A stretch of DNA of 64,000 nt. Source: Eubacteriales bacterium. Lineage in GTDB: Bacteria; Bacillota; Clostridia; Oscillospirales; CAG-382. Below, one piece after another: positions 35,473 to 45,804 of the stretch (within the stretch, counting starts at the first letter, position 1; the number at the start of each line of letters is the position of its first letter). A program made the position numbers and the translations under genes. Below the pieces are notes generated by a model. It was not told the DNA's origin, made no database searches, and saw only the letters and a program-made list of their open reading frames with translations. The DNA lies in assembly GCA_045541355.1 (NCBI GenBank), contig JAZQIW010000053.1:13222-77221 (forward strand). Reading direction: 5' to 3'.

Positions 35473-35724
35473 ATTTGCACCTGCCCTTTTTATTTATTAT
35501 ATAACAATTTATATATCTTTTCAATAAGTAATTTCCATTTTAGCAAATATGACGAATAATTTTGTATCAAATAACCGAATTTTTCTTAATTATACTGTCA
35601 TATTACAACACATAATTATTCAATATTTATTACGTAGATGTTTACTTTAAATCAACAGTTTGTCTTAAATAAACGATATAATTTTATGTATAATTATTAT
35701 ATATAAATTTAGGTGGTATATACA

Positions 35725-36699
35725 ATGAGTGATAATAAAAACAATCTTTCCTGCCGTCTCGGCACAGTCGGCGGACAAGCCGTTCTTGAAGGCGTCATGA
35801 TGAAATCCAAGGACCTTGTTGCGCTTTCTGTTAGAGGCACTGACGGAAACATTACAACTGAGGTAAATGAATTTAAAACCATAAGATCAAAGTATAAAAT
35901 ATTAAATCTTCCTCTTATCAGAGGTGTTGTAAATCTTGTTGAGACAATGATTCTCAGCTTTAAAACTCTTAATCGGTCGGCAGACTTACTCGGAATTGAG
36001 GAGGAAGAGACCAAGTTTGAAAAATGGCTAAGTAAAACTTTTGGTAAAAGTGTTACTGCAATTGCTTCTGTTTTGGGAACAGTGCTTGGACTTGGATTAT
36101 CCGTTTTACTTTTCATTTATCTTCCGACTCAGATAGCTGAATTTGTAAAGCTTATTTGTGAAAACAGAATAATTGTCAGCTGTGTTGAAGGTGTTGTGAA
36201 AATACTGATATTCATGCTTTACATCATTCTTTGCGGGCTTATTCCCGACATGAAGCGAGTATTTCAGTATCATGGCGCTGAGCACAAATCAATTTTCTGC
36301 CACGAGGCGGGTCTGGAGCTTACGCCGGAAAATGTAAAGAAACAAAAGCGTTTTCACCCGAGATGCGGAACAAGCTTTCTCTTTGTCATGATGTTCCTTG
36401 GAATTATAACATCAGCTTTAATCATAGATTTTCCTGTTTATGCAAGAGTTCCTTTAAAGATTCTGTTTCTTCCCATAGTAGTAGGAGTAGGATTTGAGTT
36501 TATCAAGTTTGCAGGAACACACAACAATATATTTACTCGTGCACTTTCTGCACCCGGACTTTGGATTCAGAGAATTACAACCAAGGAGCCTGATCTTTCG
36601 CAAATTGAAGTTGCCATTTCTTCCTTAAAGGCGTCACTTCCCGACATATATCCCGCAGAAAACGCTCATGACTCCGAGCAGGAGCAGACCGAAAACTGA
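35725..36699 (+). CDS. DUF1385 (YqhQ-like) membrane protein
   Basis: GGQAVLEGVMMK N-terminal signature. ATG 35725 after AGGTGG. Its usual position is upstream of prmC. Confidence 0.85.
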   Translation: MSDNKNNLSCRLGTVGGQAVLEGVMMKSKDLVALSVRGTDGNITTEVNEFKTIRSKYKILNLPLIRGVVNLVETMILSFKTLNRSADLLGIEEEETKFEKWLSKTFGKSVTAIASVLGTVLGLGLSVLLFIYLPTQIAEFVKLICENRIIVSCVEGVVKILIFMLYIILCGLIPDMKRVFQYHGAEHKSIFCHEAGLELTPENVKKQKRFHPRCGTSFLFVMMFLGIITSALIIDFPVYARVPLKILFLPIVVGVGFEFIKFAGTHNNIFTRALSAPGLWIQRITTKEPDLSQIEVAISSLKASLPDIYPAENAHDSEQEQTEN

Positions 36700-36718
36700 C
36701 ACAATCAAAGGACAAAAC

Positions 36719-37558
36719 ATGACATATAACGAGTTCAAAGCAGAGTATTTACCAAAGCTCAAAACCATTTCCGAAAACGCATCGTTTGAGCTTGAAACGA
36801 TAATATTATCAGCAAGCGGCATGAAAAAAAGCGATTTGCTGTTAAACAGAGCAAACGTCATTGATAAAGCTGTACTTGAAAAGCTTATCCTAAGCATTAC
36901 AAGGAGACTAAACCGCGAGCCTTTACAGTACATTATAGGTGAATGGGAGTTTTTCGGTCTGAGAATGTTTTGCGGTAAGGGATGTCTTATACCCCGCCCC
37001 GAAACAGAAATGCTTGCTGAAATTGCAATTAAGAATCTCCCTCGCGGAGGTAAGCTTCTCGATTTATGTACGGGTAGCGGTTGTATCAGCGTTGCAGTAC
37101 TTAATAACCGCCCCGATGTTACGGCAATTGCCGTTGATATTTCCGAGGATGCCCTGAGATATGCAAAAATGAATGCCGAATATCACGGTATTGGCAGCGA
37201 CAGGCTGAAGCTTATAAAGGCTGACATTTACAGCTATATCCCAACAGAATACCCTAACGTTATTGTTTCAAATCCTCCGTACATCAAATCAGACGACATA
37301 AAAAGTCTGAGTCCTGAGGTTCTTTTTGAGCCGTCAATTGCACTTGACGGCGGTCACGACGGTCTTGATTTTTACAAGCTTATTGCAAAATACTATGCCA
37401 AAAAATACCTTGATAACGGCGGTTGCTGTGCTGTTGAGGTTGGGTATGACATCGGCGAGGAGGTTGCGGCAATCTTCCGTTCTCAGAGGTTTTCGGCTTC
37501 TCTTATTAGAGATATTTATGAGGTTGAGCGCGTGTGTGTCGCAAAAAAAGAACTATAA
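36719..37558 (+). CDS. prmC: peptide chain release factor N5-glutamine methyltransferase
   Basis: Start at ATG 36719. SAM motif LDLCTGSG and catalytic NPPY (VSNPPYI). Confidence 0.92.
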   Translation: MTYNEFKAEYLPKLKTISENASFELETIILSASGMKKSDLLLNRANVIDKAVLEKLILSITRRLNREPLQYIIGEWEFFGLRMFCGKGCLIPRPETEMLAEIAIKNLPRGGKLLDLCTGSGCISVAVLNNRPDVTAIAVDISEDALRYAKMNAEYHGIGSDRLKLIKADIYSYIPTEYPNVIVSNPPYIKSDDIKSLSPEVLFEPSIALDGGHDGLDFYKLIAKYYAKKYLDNGGCCAVEVGYDIGEEVAAIFRSQRFSASLIRDIYEVERVCVAKKEL

Positions 37559-37564
37559 TTTATT

Positions 37565-37594
37565 AAAAAAATGCGGTCTCTGACCGCATTTTTT
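37565..37594. terminator. bidirectional intrinsic terminator
   Basis: AAAAAATGCGGTC-TCT-GACCGCATTTTTT. Confidence 0.85.
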
Positions 37595-38708
37595 AATTTC
37601 TGTATTTATCCATAAAAGCACAAAAGAGTTCAACAACCTTACCGTAGCTTTTGGTTCCCTCATCCTCACCCATGGCTTTAAGATACGTATCATTTACTGT
37701 ATCTGCAACCTTTGAGGCTGTGGAATGTCTGTATTTTTGAAAGAAAAGATAATACGCATACATTTCACCGAGCAGCCTATTATCTGTATTTTCGACAAGA
37801 GAGGTATACATAGCTCTTTCATTTGTTATCGCTGCATCAAGAAAATAATCATACATATTCATGTATGCAGAATACACGAGGTACTCATCCTCAGACGCAA
37901 GACAAGCAAGAAAGGCAATAAAATTCGCTTCATCCTCCCCTGCAATTCCTCTTTGATGCGCCATTTCATGAGCCATTGTAAAAGATACAACATAATCGGG
38001 ATAATTTGTATTTACGTTCGCCTCTCCCGTAAACGGAACATAAATTCCCGAAATATGGGTATATGTCATTATTGGCGAAACTATAATCCTTTTAGCTTTT
38101 GCTTTTACTCTCGAAATGAAAGGATAATCACCTGATAATCTGTCATAACCATATGACAAAAGCTCATTCATCTCATCCCACGTATGGGGATTCTCCGAAG
38201 CACCGCTATCATCAAACTCGACGTTTGCTGAAGCATCTTCTGCAAGCTCTTTCACATAAAGAGCCGCATCATAAAGCATATCGCTTGTCAATTCTTTTTT
38301 ATCAAGCTCAAACTGTTTTTCAATAGGATATCTGAAATGACAAATGGCAAAAGCATTAATAAACAGAAAAACCGCCGAAAACAGCAGACAGCAAAATCTG
38401 ACTAAAAAAATCTTAAATGAAAAAGTATGCCTCAACGCCGAGCGTGCTGAAATAAGAACAACAACAATCAAAAGCAACGGCAGCAGAAACAAGACAATTT
38501 CAGCAAGTGAAAAGCTGAAGAATCCCGTAACCGATGACAAAATACCTCTTATAAACGCTGAAATACCAAGGCAATACCATTCACAAAAATCCCTATTATA
38601 AATCGAAGCCAAGAGAACAGCAATAGACAAGAAAAACAGCGCAAGGGTAGCAAAAAATGTATATTTTAAGCCTATTGACAACCTAACGCTTTTCATATTT
38701 TTATTCAT
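37593..38708 (-). CDS. DUF3810-family putative zinc metallopeptidase (membrane)
   Basis: HEMAH motif (FTMAHEMAHQRG) and N-terminal TM helices. Start is likely ATG 38708 (MNKNMKSV...), overlapping the PBP stop, or 38696. The ORF-track start at 38810 lies inside the PBP gene. Confidence 0.8.
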   Translation of the reverse strand: MNKNMKSVRLSIGLKYTFFATLALFFLSIAVLLASIYNRDFCEWYCLGISAFIRGILSSVTGFFSFSLAEIVLFLLPLLLIVVVLISARSALRHTFSFKIFLVRFCCLLFSAVFLFINAFAICHFRYPIEKQFELDKKELTSDMLYDAALYVKELAEDASANVEFDDSGASENPHTWDEMNELLSYGYDRLSGDYPFISRVKAKAKRIIVSPIMTYTHISGIYVPFTGEANVNTNYPDYVVSFTMAHEMAHQRGIAGEDEANFIAFLACLASEDEYLVYSAYMNMYDYFLDAAITNERAMYTSLVENTDNRLLGEMYAYYLFFQKYRHSTASKVADTVNDTYLKAMGEDEGTKSYGKVVELFCAFMDKYRN

Positions 38709-40791
38709 CAGACGCCTGTGTATCTCCTTCAAGGGAATCAAAATAATAGTCGAAAACAGCCTTCGCAACACTTGACGCTCTCGTACTTTTATCGCCGTTT
38801 TCAACAACAACGGAAACTACAATTTCAGGGTCATCATAGGGTGCAAAACCAACAAACAATGCCGTATCACTTCCCTTTGCCACCTGAGCTGTTCCTGTCT
38901 TTCCGCCAACCTCATAGTCATAATCATCAAATACGGTTCTTGCAGTACCGTCGACAACAACTGATTTCATTGCTGATTTCAGCACATTAACAACATCTGA
39001 CGGTATACTTATTTTGCTCAATATTTCAGGTTTATTCTCATAAACCGTCTCTTTTGTATAATAATTTTCAACAGATTCAAGAAGCGTAGCCTTATACCTC
39101 GTACCGCCATTTACAACCGCACACATATAAGAACAAAGCTGAAGAGGCGTAAAAGCATTGTCCGACTGCCCGATTGCTGCCTGAAGGGTATCACCGGGAT
39201 TCCACAAAAGCCCTTTACTGTCTCTGTATTCGGGAGAAGCGAGAATACCGGTTGACTCAGGAACTTCTATACCTGTTTCTTTTCCAAGACCGAGAAGCGA
39301 AGCATAGTGAGTAAGGGTATCAATTCCCATATCATCGCCGACCTTATAGAAAAAATAGTTACAGGAATGTTCAATAGCCGATTTTACATTGACATATCCA
39401 TGAGAGCCTCCCGTGTTGTCATATATCCAACAGTGTGGCTGGTAATCCTCATGCTTTCTGTATACACCAACGGCATTTACAAGCGTATTTTCCGTAATTG
39501 TACCCGAACAAAGAGCGGCAATAGCTGACGCAATTTTAAACGTAGAGCCGGGCGGGTAAATGCCTTGTGTAGCTCTGTTGACAAGAGGCCGCGTTTCATC
39601 ATTTACAAGAGAGTTAAATATCTCGGAATAATTATTCAAATCATAGTTTGGATAATTGGCACATACAAGGACATCTCCTGTTTTTGGCTGCATAACAACA
39701 ACGCTTCCGTACTTGCAATCCTCGCCGTTTTCGGGTACGGTGTCATTTCCAAGTTCCCTTGCAAGCTCTATCTGCTCTTTAAGTGCATCCTCGGCAGCCT
39801 TTTGCATACCCGCATCAAGAGTAAGTTTCACAGAATAGCCGTTTCTGCCCGCGTCGGTAACCGATTTTCCAAGAACATTATTGTCAGAATCTATTTCAAC
39901 ACTAAGCCTGCCGTCAAATCCGTGAAGATAGTCCTCAAAGGCCTTTTCAGCGCCTTCCCTGCCTATTACCGCATCATAGTCATATCCCTTGCCAACAACA
40001 TACTCCTCGGTCTCCTCAGCGTAAATGGGGCTTGTTCTGCCAAGAATGTGAGAGGCAAGAGCACCTTGGTTATAATATCTTTCATCCTCTGTTGTAATTG
40101 ATATACCATGCATTGAATGAAGCTGTTCGGAGACAAGAGTCCTTGTCTTTTCATCAATGTCTTTTACAATATCATATCTCGCAAGGTAATCAAAGTCACT
40201 CGTTTCCATATCGTATCTTATACCTACAAGCTTACGGTAACGACTTTGCTTCTTTTGCGTCTCATCAACACCATATCGATCACAAAGATAATCATAAAGA
40301 GCACTTTTATCTGAAATAAACTCCGATTCCTCAAGCTCATTATTCTTTGCAAATTTTTTTAGCATCTTTACTTTTGTATCATCAAAAATATACTCTTCAT
40401 CGAGAGTATAAGGATAAACTTTGGAAACAGGAAGATTATCTACAAGTTCAATGGAGTTTTTTGAGCAAAACTCAATAAAAGAAAGCAAAACTGTATTATA
40501 GTCATCACTGTCTATTGTTGTTTTATCAATACTGATGTTATATATTTTTTTATTTGATACAAGGAGCTTGCCGTTTCTGTCATAAATCTGACCTCTGCTC
40601 ATTTCCAATGTCTGGGTCCTATATGTTTTGGGAACAGCAATTGATGAATAATACTCGGTTTTCAAAACCTGCAAATCAAAAAGCTTAAACAAAAACATAA
40701 GGATAAACACACCGAAAAGTACCGATAAGATAACAATTCTCAGAATATCTATGCTTCTGTTTAATGTGCGTTTATCCTTATGCTTTAACAT
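38701..40791 (-). CDS. class B penicillin-binding protein (PBP2/SpoVD-type transpeptidase)
   Basis: 696 aa. N-terminal TM helix. Motifs STFK, SCN and KTGT are present. Confidence 0.92.
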   Translation of the reverse strand: MLKHKDKRTLNRSIDILRIVILSVLFGVFILMFLFKLFDLQVLKTEYYSSIAVPKTYRTQTLEMSRGQIYDRNGKLLVSNKKIYNISIDKTTIDSDDYNTVLLSFIEFCSKNSIELVDNLPVSKVYPYTLDEEYIFDDTKVKMLKKFAKNNELEESEFISDKSALYDYLCDRYGVDETQKKQSRYRKLVGIRYDMETSDFDYLARYDIVKDIDEKTRTLVSEQLHSMHGISITTEDERYYNQGALASHILGRTSPIYAEETEEYVVGKGYDYDAVIGREGAEKAFEDYLHGFDGRLSVEIDSDNNVLGKSVTDAGRNGYSVKLTLDAGMQKAAEDALKEQIELARELGNDTVPENGEDCKYGSVVVMQPKTGDVLVCANYPNYDLNNYSEIFNSLVNDETRPLVNRATQGIYPPGSTFKIASAIAALCSGTITENTLVNAVGVYRKHEDYQPHCWIYDNTGGSHGYVNVKSAIEHSCNYFFYKVGDDMGIDTLTHYASLLGLGKETGIEVPESTGILASPEYRDSKGLLWNPGDTLQAAIGQSDNAFTPLQLCSYMCAVVNGGTRYKATLLESVENYYTKETVYENKPEILSKISIPSDVVNVLKSAMKSVVVDGTARTVFDDYDYEVGGKTGTAQVAKGSDTALFVGFAPYDDPEIVVSVVVENGDKSTRASSVAKAVFDYYFDSLEGDTQASDE

Positions 40792-40810
40792 TTTTCCACT
40801 CCGTAATAAA

Positions 40811-41488
40811 CTAAAGGTTTTTAATTATGTCTGAAACAACAAAGCTCGCACGCTTTGCTGCAATCTCCGCCATTTCCTGAAAGGACATATCTGCTTTTTC
40901 ATCAGCATTATCACTCATTGCTCTTATAACAAGGAAAGGTACCTTGTTCAGTACACAAACATGAGCAACCGCCGCACCCTCCATTTCAGTACACAACGCG
41001 TTATAATCATTTCTGAGTTTTGCAACAACTGCGCTGTCCTCAACAAACATATCGCCCGTCACAATCATGCCCGTGTCATACTTAAACTTGTCATCATCAA
41101 TCTTGGAGCACGCTGCCTCTGCAAGAGAAACAAGCTTCTCATCGGCAGCAAACACAGACGTGTGCGGAGCATAATCCTCAAGAACGCTTATGGGGTATAA
41201 ATCGTGGTATGTAAGCTTTTCCGATATGACAATATCGCAAACACCAAGATGCTTACAGGTACAGCCTGCAACACCGGAATTTATAACATAATCGACATCA
41301 AATAGATCAATAAGTCTCTGGGTGTTAGCGGCGGCATTTACCTTCCCGACACCTACAAGACTAATATAAATATCGCAATTGTCGCTTTTTCCCTTATATA
41401 TTCCGTAAAACTCAGTCTCAACCGCTGAAAAATCGCGGCAGAATTCTACCATTTCACAGTCAAGAGCTGCAATTATTCCTACTTTCAT
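40811..41488 (-). CDS. mtnN: 5'-methylthioadenosine/S-adenosylhomocysteine nucleosidase
   Basis: MKVGIIAALDCEM..., GVGKVNAA, EMEGAAVA. ATG 41488 with GGAG 7 nt upstream is preferred over TTG 41500. Confidence 0.9.
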   Translation of the reverse strand: MKVGIIAALDCEMVEFCRDFSAVETEFYGIYKGKSDNCDIYISLVGVGKVNAAANTQRLIDLFDVDYVINSGVAGCTCKHLGVCDIVISEKLTYHDLYPISVLEDYAPHTSVFAADEKLVSLAEAACSKIDDDKFKYDTGMIVTGDMFVEDSAVVAKLRNDYNALCTEMEGAAVAHVCVLNKVPFLVIRAMSDNADEKADMSFQEMAEIAAKRASFVVSDIIKNL

Positions 41489-41500
41489 AAAATTCTCCAA

Positions 41501-42802
41501 TTAATCAAGATAGTCTCTGAGTCTCTTTGAACGGCTGGGGTGACGAAGCTTTCTGAGAGCCTTTGCTTCAATCTGGCGGATACGCTCACGAGTAATATTA
41601 AACACCTTACCAACCTCTTCAAGCGTTCTTGTTCTGCCGTCCTCAAGACCAAATCTGAGCTTTAAAACGTGCTCTTCTCTTGGGGTAAGAGTATGAAGCA
41701 CTTCACAAAGCTGCTCTCTGAGAAGTGTATAAGAAGCCGCCTCAGCCGGTGCAGGAGCATCATCGTCGGGAATAAAGTCGCCAAGATGGCTATCCTCTTC
41801 TTCACCGATAGGTGTCTCAAGACTTACAGGCTCCTGAGCAAGCTTCATTATGTCTCTGACCTTTTCAACGCTCATATTCATTTTAGCAGCAATTTCCTCG
41901 GTAGATGCCTCATGACCAAGCTCCTGAAGAAGCTGTCTTGAAACTCTTAATACCTTGTTAATGGTTTCAACCATATGAACAGGAATTCTGATTGTACGTG
42001 CCTGGTCAGCAATTGCACGTGTGATAGCCTGTCTTATCCACCAAGTCGCATAGGTCGAGAACTTATATCCCTTAGTATAGTCAAACTTTTCAACAGCCTT
42101 CATGAGACCGAGATTTCCCTCCTGAATAAGGTCAAGGAAGAACATACCTCTGCCTACATATCTTTTCGCGATGCTGACAACAAGTCTGAGGTTACTTTCA
42201 ACAAGCTTTTGCTTTGCGTTTTCATCGCCGCCTGCCATTTTCTCAGCAAGGTCAAGCTCCTGCTCTGTGCTGAGAAGGTCCACCTTACCGATTTCCTTAA
42301 GATACATCTTTACAGGGTCATCAATAATGAGACCGTCCTGAGCAACGAGACTGTCAGAATCCTCATCACCATCATAGCCCGAAATATTATCTACATTTGC
42401 AAGTCCCGATTCAATGTCACTGAAATTATCATCTGTATAGCCTGTTACCTCAATACCGAGATTTTCAATTGTTTCCATGAGCTTTTCCATGTTTTCAACG
42501 TCAAGCTCTTCCTCGTCAAGAACCTCAAGAATCTCCTCATTGGTAAGCGAGCCCTTTGCTTTGCCCTTTTCAAGAAGTTCCTGAATATCGTTTTTCCTCT
42601 TGGGTGCTTCTGCCTTTTCCTCAGAGCTGTTCTTAGATGCCTTGTTGGAACGTCTTTTTTTGCCTGTCTCTTTCTTTTCCTCCGCAGCTTCTTCAACAGC
42701 TTCCACTGCCGTTTCTTCCGTCACAAGCTCTTGTGAAACAACAGCTTCTTCAACCTTTACCGCATCAAGTGCTTCGATCTCTGCAACCTTTTTCTTTGCC
42801 AT
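41501..42802 (-). CDS. rpoD: RNA polymerase primary sigma factor
   Basis: Acidic N-terminal region and regions 1.2-4.2 ([41 protein letters not shown]). Start at ATG 42802 after AAAGGA. Confidence 0.96.
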   Translation of the reverse strand: MAKKKVAEIEALDAVKVEEAVVSQELVTEETAVEAVEEAAEEKKETGKKRRSNKASKNSSEEKAEAPKRKNDIQELLEKGKAKGSLTNEEILEVLDEEELDVENMEKLMETIENLGIEVTGYTDDNFSDIESGLANVDNISGYDGDEDSDSLVAQDGLIIDDPVKMYLKEIGKVDLLSTEQELDLAEKMAGGDENAKQKLVESNLRLVVSIAKRYVGRGMFFLDLIQEGNLGLMKAVEKFDYTKGYKFSTYATWWIRQAITRAIADQARTIRIPVHMVETINKVLRVSRQLLQELGHEASTEEIAAKMNMSVEKVRDIMKLAQEPVSLETPIGEEEDSHLGDFIPDDDAPAPAEAASYTLLREQLCEVLHTLTPREEHVLKLRFGLEDGRTRTLEEVGKVFNITRERIRQIEAKALRKLRHPSRSKRLRDYLD

Positions 42803-42844
42803 TATATACATCCTTTCAGCCTCACGGCTACAATATTTAACAAT

Positions 42845-44647
42845 TTAATTTTTAACACCTTTATCCTGACGAGCCTTCGATATCAGGGAAATCAAATCTT
42901 CATCGGAAGATATTTTTTGGCGGGAAGACAAAAGACGCATTTTTTCGCGTTTAAGCGATGCAATCTGCTCATTTAGAGCGCTTGTTCCGTTAGCAGAAAG
43001 CGTCGTTCTTCTATGCCTCATATCAAAAATTCTAGACATTTCCTCGGGTGTGAAAATTTCATTCAGACTTGACAAATCCGTTTCGCCCGTTGAATAAACA
43101 CTGTTTATTGCTTCAAAAACCCGCCTGCTGAACGCAGTAACAAAATCATCACCCGAAATTCCGTCGCATTTTGAATACTCTTCAGGCATAAGCATAATGA
43201 TTCCGAGAAGCCGTTCTTCAATCTCGACTGCCATCGGGCAGGAAACCGCTTCGGGATTTATCTTATCATCAAAATGAAGTGTTTTCTTTTCTGTATCGGC
43301 ACGCACAGCCGATGAAGATTTTGCGCTGTTTTTACGTTTATTCTTATTGACAATGCCGGATATACTCTCAGCCTTTATGCCTGATATTTCAGAAAGGCGC
43401 TGTATGTATATATCTCTCTTTACCTCAGAATAAATACCTGAAATAATCTTACAGCATTCCTCCATAGCTCTTAGCTTTTCGTCGGCATCCTGCATATTAT
43501 ATTTAGAGAGAATACCGTTTAACTTGAAGTCTATCTGTCCGACAGAACCCGAAAGAAGTTTTGAAAATGCCTGAGGTCCAAACTTCTTAATATACTCATC
43601 GGGGTCCTTTGCCCCTTCCATGCGGATAATTTTTGTTTCAACGCCCACTTCGTTTAGAAGCGTCATTGCCTTATCGGCAGCTTTTTTTCCGGCATCATCG
43701 CTGTCATACGCAAGAAAAGCGGTTTTTGCATATCGTGCCACAACCCTTGCATGCTCAGAGGTTATAGCAGTACCCAAAGTCGCAACGGCGTTTGTGAAAC
43801 CAGCCTGATGCATTGCAATTACATCCATATAACCTTCGCACAGAATAATTTCTCCGCTTTTGACAAAATCCGATTTAATATTTCCAAGCAAAGCCTCTTT
43901 TGCATAATTCAGTGCAAACAGATTCTTTCCCTTTCGGAACACAACGGTATCTGATGAGTTTAAGTACTTGGGCTTTGAATCATCCATAACACGACCGCCA
44001 AAGGCTATAACATTTCCCGAGGTATCAATTATGGGAAATATAATTCTATTCCTGAACATATCAAAGGGCTTACCTGTTTTTTGAGAAATACCGCAAAGGA
44101 AGTTTTCTTTTATTTCATCCTTTGTGTAGCCAAGTGAAGACAATTTATTAAACAAATCATAAAAATCGTTTTTTGCAAAGCCAAGACCAAACCGAGTGAC
44201 TGTTGTTTTGGAAAGCTGTCGGTCGGCAAGATATTTCCGTGCTTCTGCTCCATCGGCTCCGACAAGATTTTCATAAAAAATTCTTGCAGCTGCTTTATTC
44301 ATTGAAAAAGCTCGTTCCCTCGAAAGCTTTGGTTTTTCAGCATTTGAATAACGTCTGTCATCCTGAGGCACAGTCATGCCGCATCTGTCAGCAAGAAAAT
44401 TCACGGCATCCCTGTAATCAAGGTTTTCGATTCTCATAATAAAGGTAATTACATCACCGCCCGCTCCGCATCCAAAGCAATGAAAATTATCCTCAAACAC
44501 CGTAAAAGAAGGCGTTTTTTCACTATGAAACGGACATCTGCCGGTCTGATTTCTCCCTGCCCTTTTCAGTTCAACATAACGCGATACAACATCGGAAATG
44601 GGAGAACGCATTTTTAGTTCCTGTATAAACCCTTGCGGATATGCCAC
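42845..44647 (-). CDS. dnaG: DNA primase
   Basis: Zinc ribbon CPFHSEKTPSFTV...CFGCGAGG and Toprim EGYMDV. GTG 44647 lies 8 nt after AGGAGG. The ORF-track GTG 44656 overlaps the RBS. Confidence 0.94.
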   Translation of the reverse strand: MAYPQGFIQELKMRSPISDVVSRYVELKRAGRNQTGRCPFHSEKTPSFTVFEDNFHCFGCGAGGDVITFIMRIENLDYRDAVNFLADRCGMTVPQDDRRYSNAEKPKLSRERAFSMNKAAARIFYENLVGADGAEARKYLADRQLSKTTVTRFGLGFAKNDFYDLFNKLSSLGYTKDEIKENFLCGISQKTGKPFDMFRNRIIFPIIDTSGNVIAFGGRVMDDSKPKYLNSSDTVVFRKGKNLFALNYAKEALLGNIKSDFVKSGEIILCEGYMDVIAMHQAGFTNAVATLGTAITSEHARVVARYAKTAFLAYDSDDAGKKAADKAMTLLNEVGVETKIIRMEGAKDPDEYIKKFGPQAFSKLLSGSVGQIDFKLNGILSKYNMQDADEKLRAMEECCKIISGIYSEVKRDIYIQRLSEISGIKAESISGIVNKNKRKNSAKSSSAVRADTEKKTLHFDDKINPEAVSCPMAVEIEERLLGIIMLMPEEYSKCDGISGDDFVTAFSRRVFEAINSVYSTGETDLSSLNEIFTPEEMSRIFDMRHRRTTLSANGTSALNEQIASLKREKMRLLSSRQKISSDEDLISLISKARQDKGVKN

Positions 44648-44679
44648 GTTTCCCACCTCCTAAAAAACCTAAAATTAAA

Positions 44680-45720
44680 TCAAAGAATTGCCCATTTTTT
44701 TGGTATAAACAAATTTTGAAAAGTCTGAACGGCGAATCTATCCGTCATGCAGGCAAGATAATCGCAAACAGCTCTTTCTATGCTGCCGCCAAACTCAAGA
44801 CTCTTCCTATATTCAAGCGGTATCTTACCTGTATTCTTACAGAAGTATTCATACATCTTATTAATCATATCACACGCTTTTGTTTCTTCACTCTTGGCGA
44901 CGGGATTAAAATACACGTTTTCAAACAAAAACTCTCTTAGTGCCATTGTACTGTCATACATATTTGCTTCCATAGCAACAACGGCAACACCGTTTTTGAA
45001 ATTCCTTGAGGTCGCGCGGATAACACTTTTAACCATTGTATCAATTCTGGTACTGTGAGTATCACCCAAAACGGCTCTCAGACCAAAAGGTATGTCTTTG
45101 TTACTAAGAACTCCTGCTCTTACAGCATCATCAATATCATGGTTAATATAAGCAATTCTGTCGGCAAGCTTTATAATCATTCCTTCAGGAGTTTTTGCAT
45201 CAATCGAGCCCGTATGACAAAGTATACCGTCTCGAACCTCATTGGTAAGATTAAGACCATTGCCGTCTCGTTCAATCAAATCTACTACTCTAAGGCTTTG
45301 CTCATTATGCTTAAACCCGTCGGGGCAAAGCTTATTAAGCTCCCTTTCACCAGCGTGACCGAAGGGTGTATGTCCAAGGTCATGTCCGAGTGCTATTGCT
45401 TCGGTCAAATCCTCATTCAGACGAAGAGACCTTGCTATTGTTCTTGCAATCTGAGACACCTCGAGGGTATGAGTAAGTCTTGTACGGTAGTGGTCGCCCT
45501 CGGGCGAAAGAAAGCACTGGGTTTTATGCATAAGACGTCTGAAGGATTTTGAATGAATAATCCTGTCCCTATCCCTCATAAAAGGCGTTCTAAGATCAGC
45601 ACCTTCGTCGTTTTCCTGACGCAGTCTTCCTTTTGTAGCAGAAGACAAGGTTGCATATTCACACAGCATATGTTTTTCAATTTCATTATATCCATTCAAA
45701 AGCTCGGTCATCTTAGTCAC
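44680..45720 (-). CDS. dGTPase-like HD-domain triphosphohydrolase
   Basis: 346 aa: RTRLTHTLEVSQIAR and GHDLGHTPFGH. Confidence 0.88.
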   Translation of the reverse strand: MTKMTELLNGYNEIEKHMLCEYATLSSATKGRLRQENDEGADLRTPFMRDRDRIIHSKSFRRLMHKTQCFLSPEGDHYRTRLTHTLEVSQIARTIARSLRLNEDLTEAIALGHDLGHTPFGHAGERELNKLCPDGFKHNEQSLRVVDLIERDGNGLNLTNEVRDGILCHTGSIDAKTPEGMIIKLADRIAYINHDIDDAVRAGVLSNKDIPFGLRAVLGDTHSTRIDTMVKSVIRATSRNFKNGVAVVAMEANMYDSTMALREFLFENVYFNPVAKSEETKACDMINKMYEYFCKNTGKIPLEYRKSLEFGGSIERAVCDYLACMTDRFAVQTFQNLFIPKKWAIL

Positions 45721-45804
45721 CCCTTTACTGTCTTATACACCAAAAAAAAGAAAAACACTTTTTTTCATTCAAAAAAATCGACGTATTAACAGATTATTTT
45801 CTTT

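Noticed and set aside
41975-42736. 253-aa plus-strand ORF inside rpoD. Similar long antisense ORFs occur at 13682-14320, 19519-20118, 22648-23175, 27154-27945, 37725-38135, 39565-40101 and 56603-57160.
   Set aside because: All lie opposite strongly supported conserved genes, have no RBS, and translate to low-complexity or Cys/Phe/Ile-rich sequence. They are typical shadow ORFs of AT-rich genomes.
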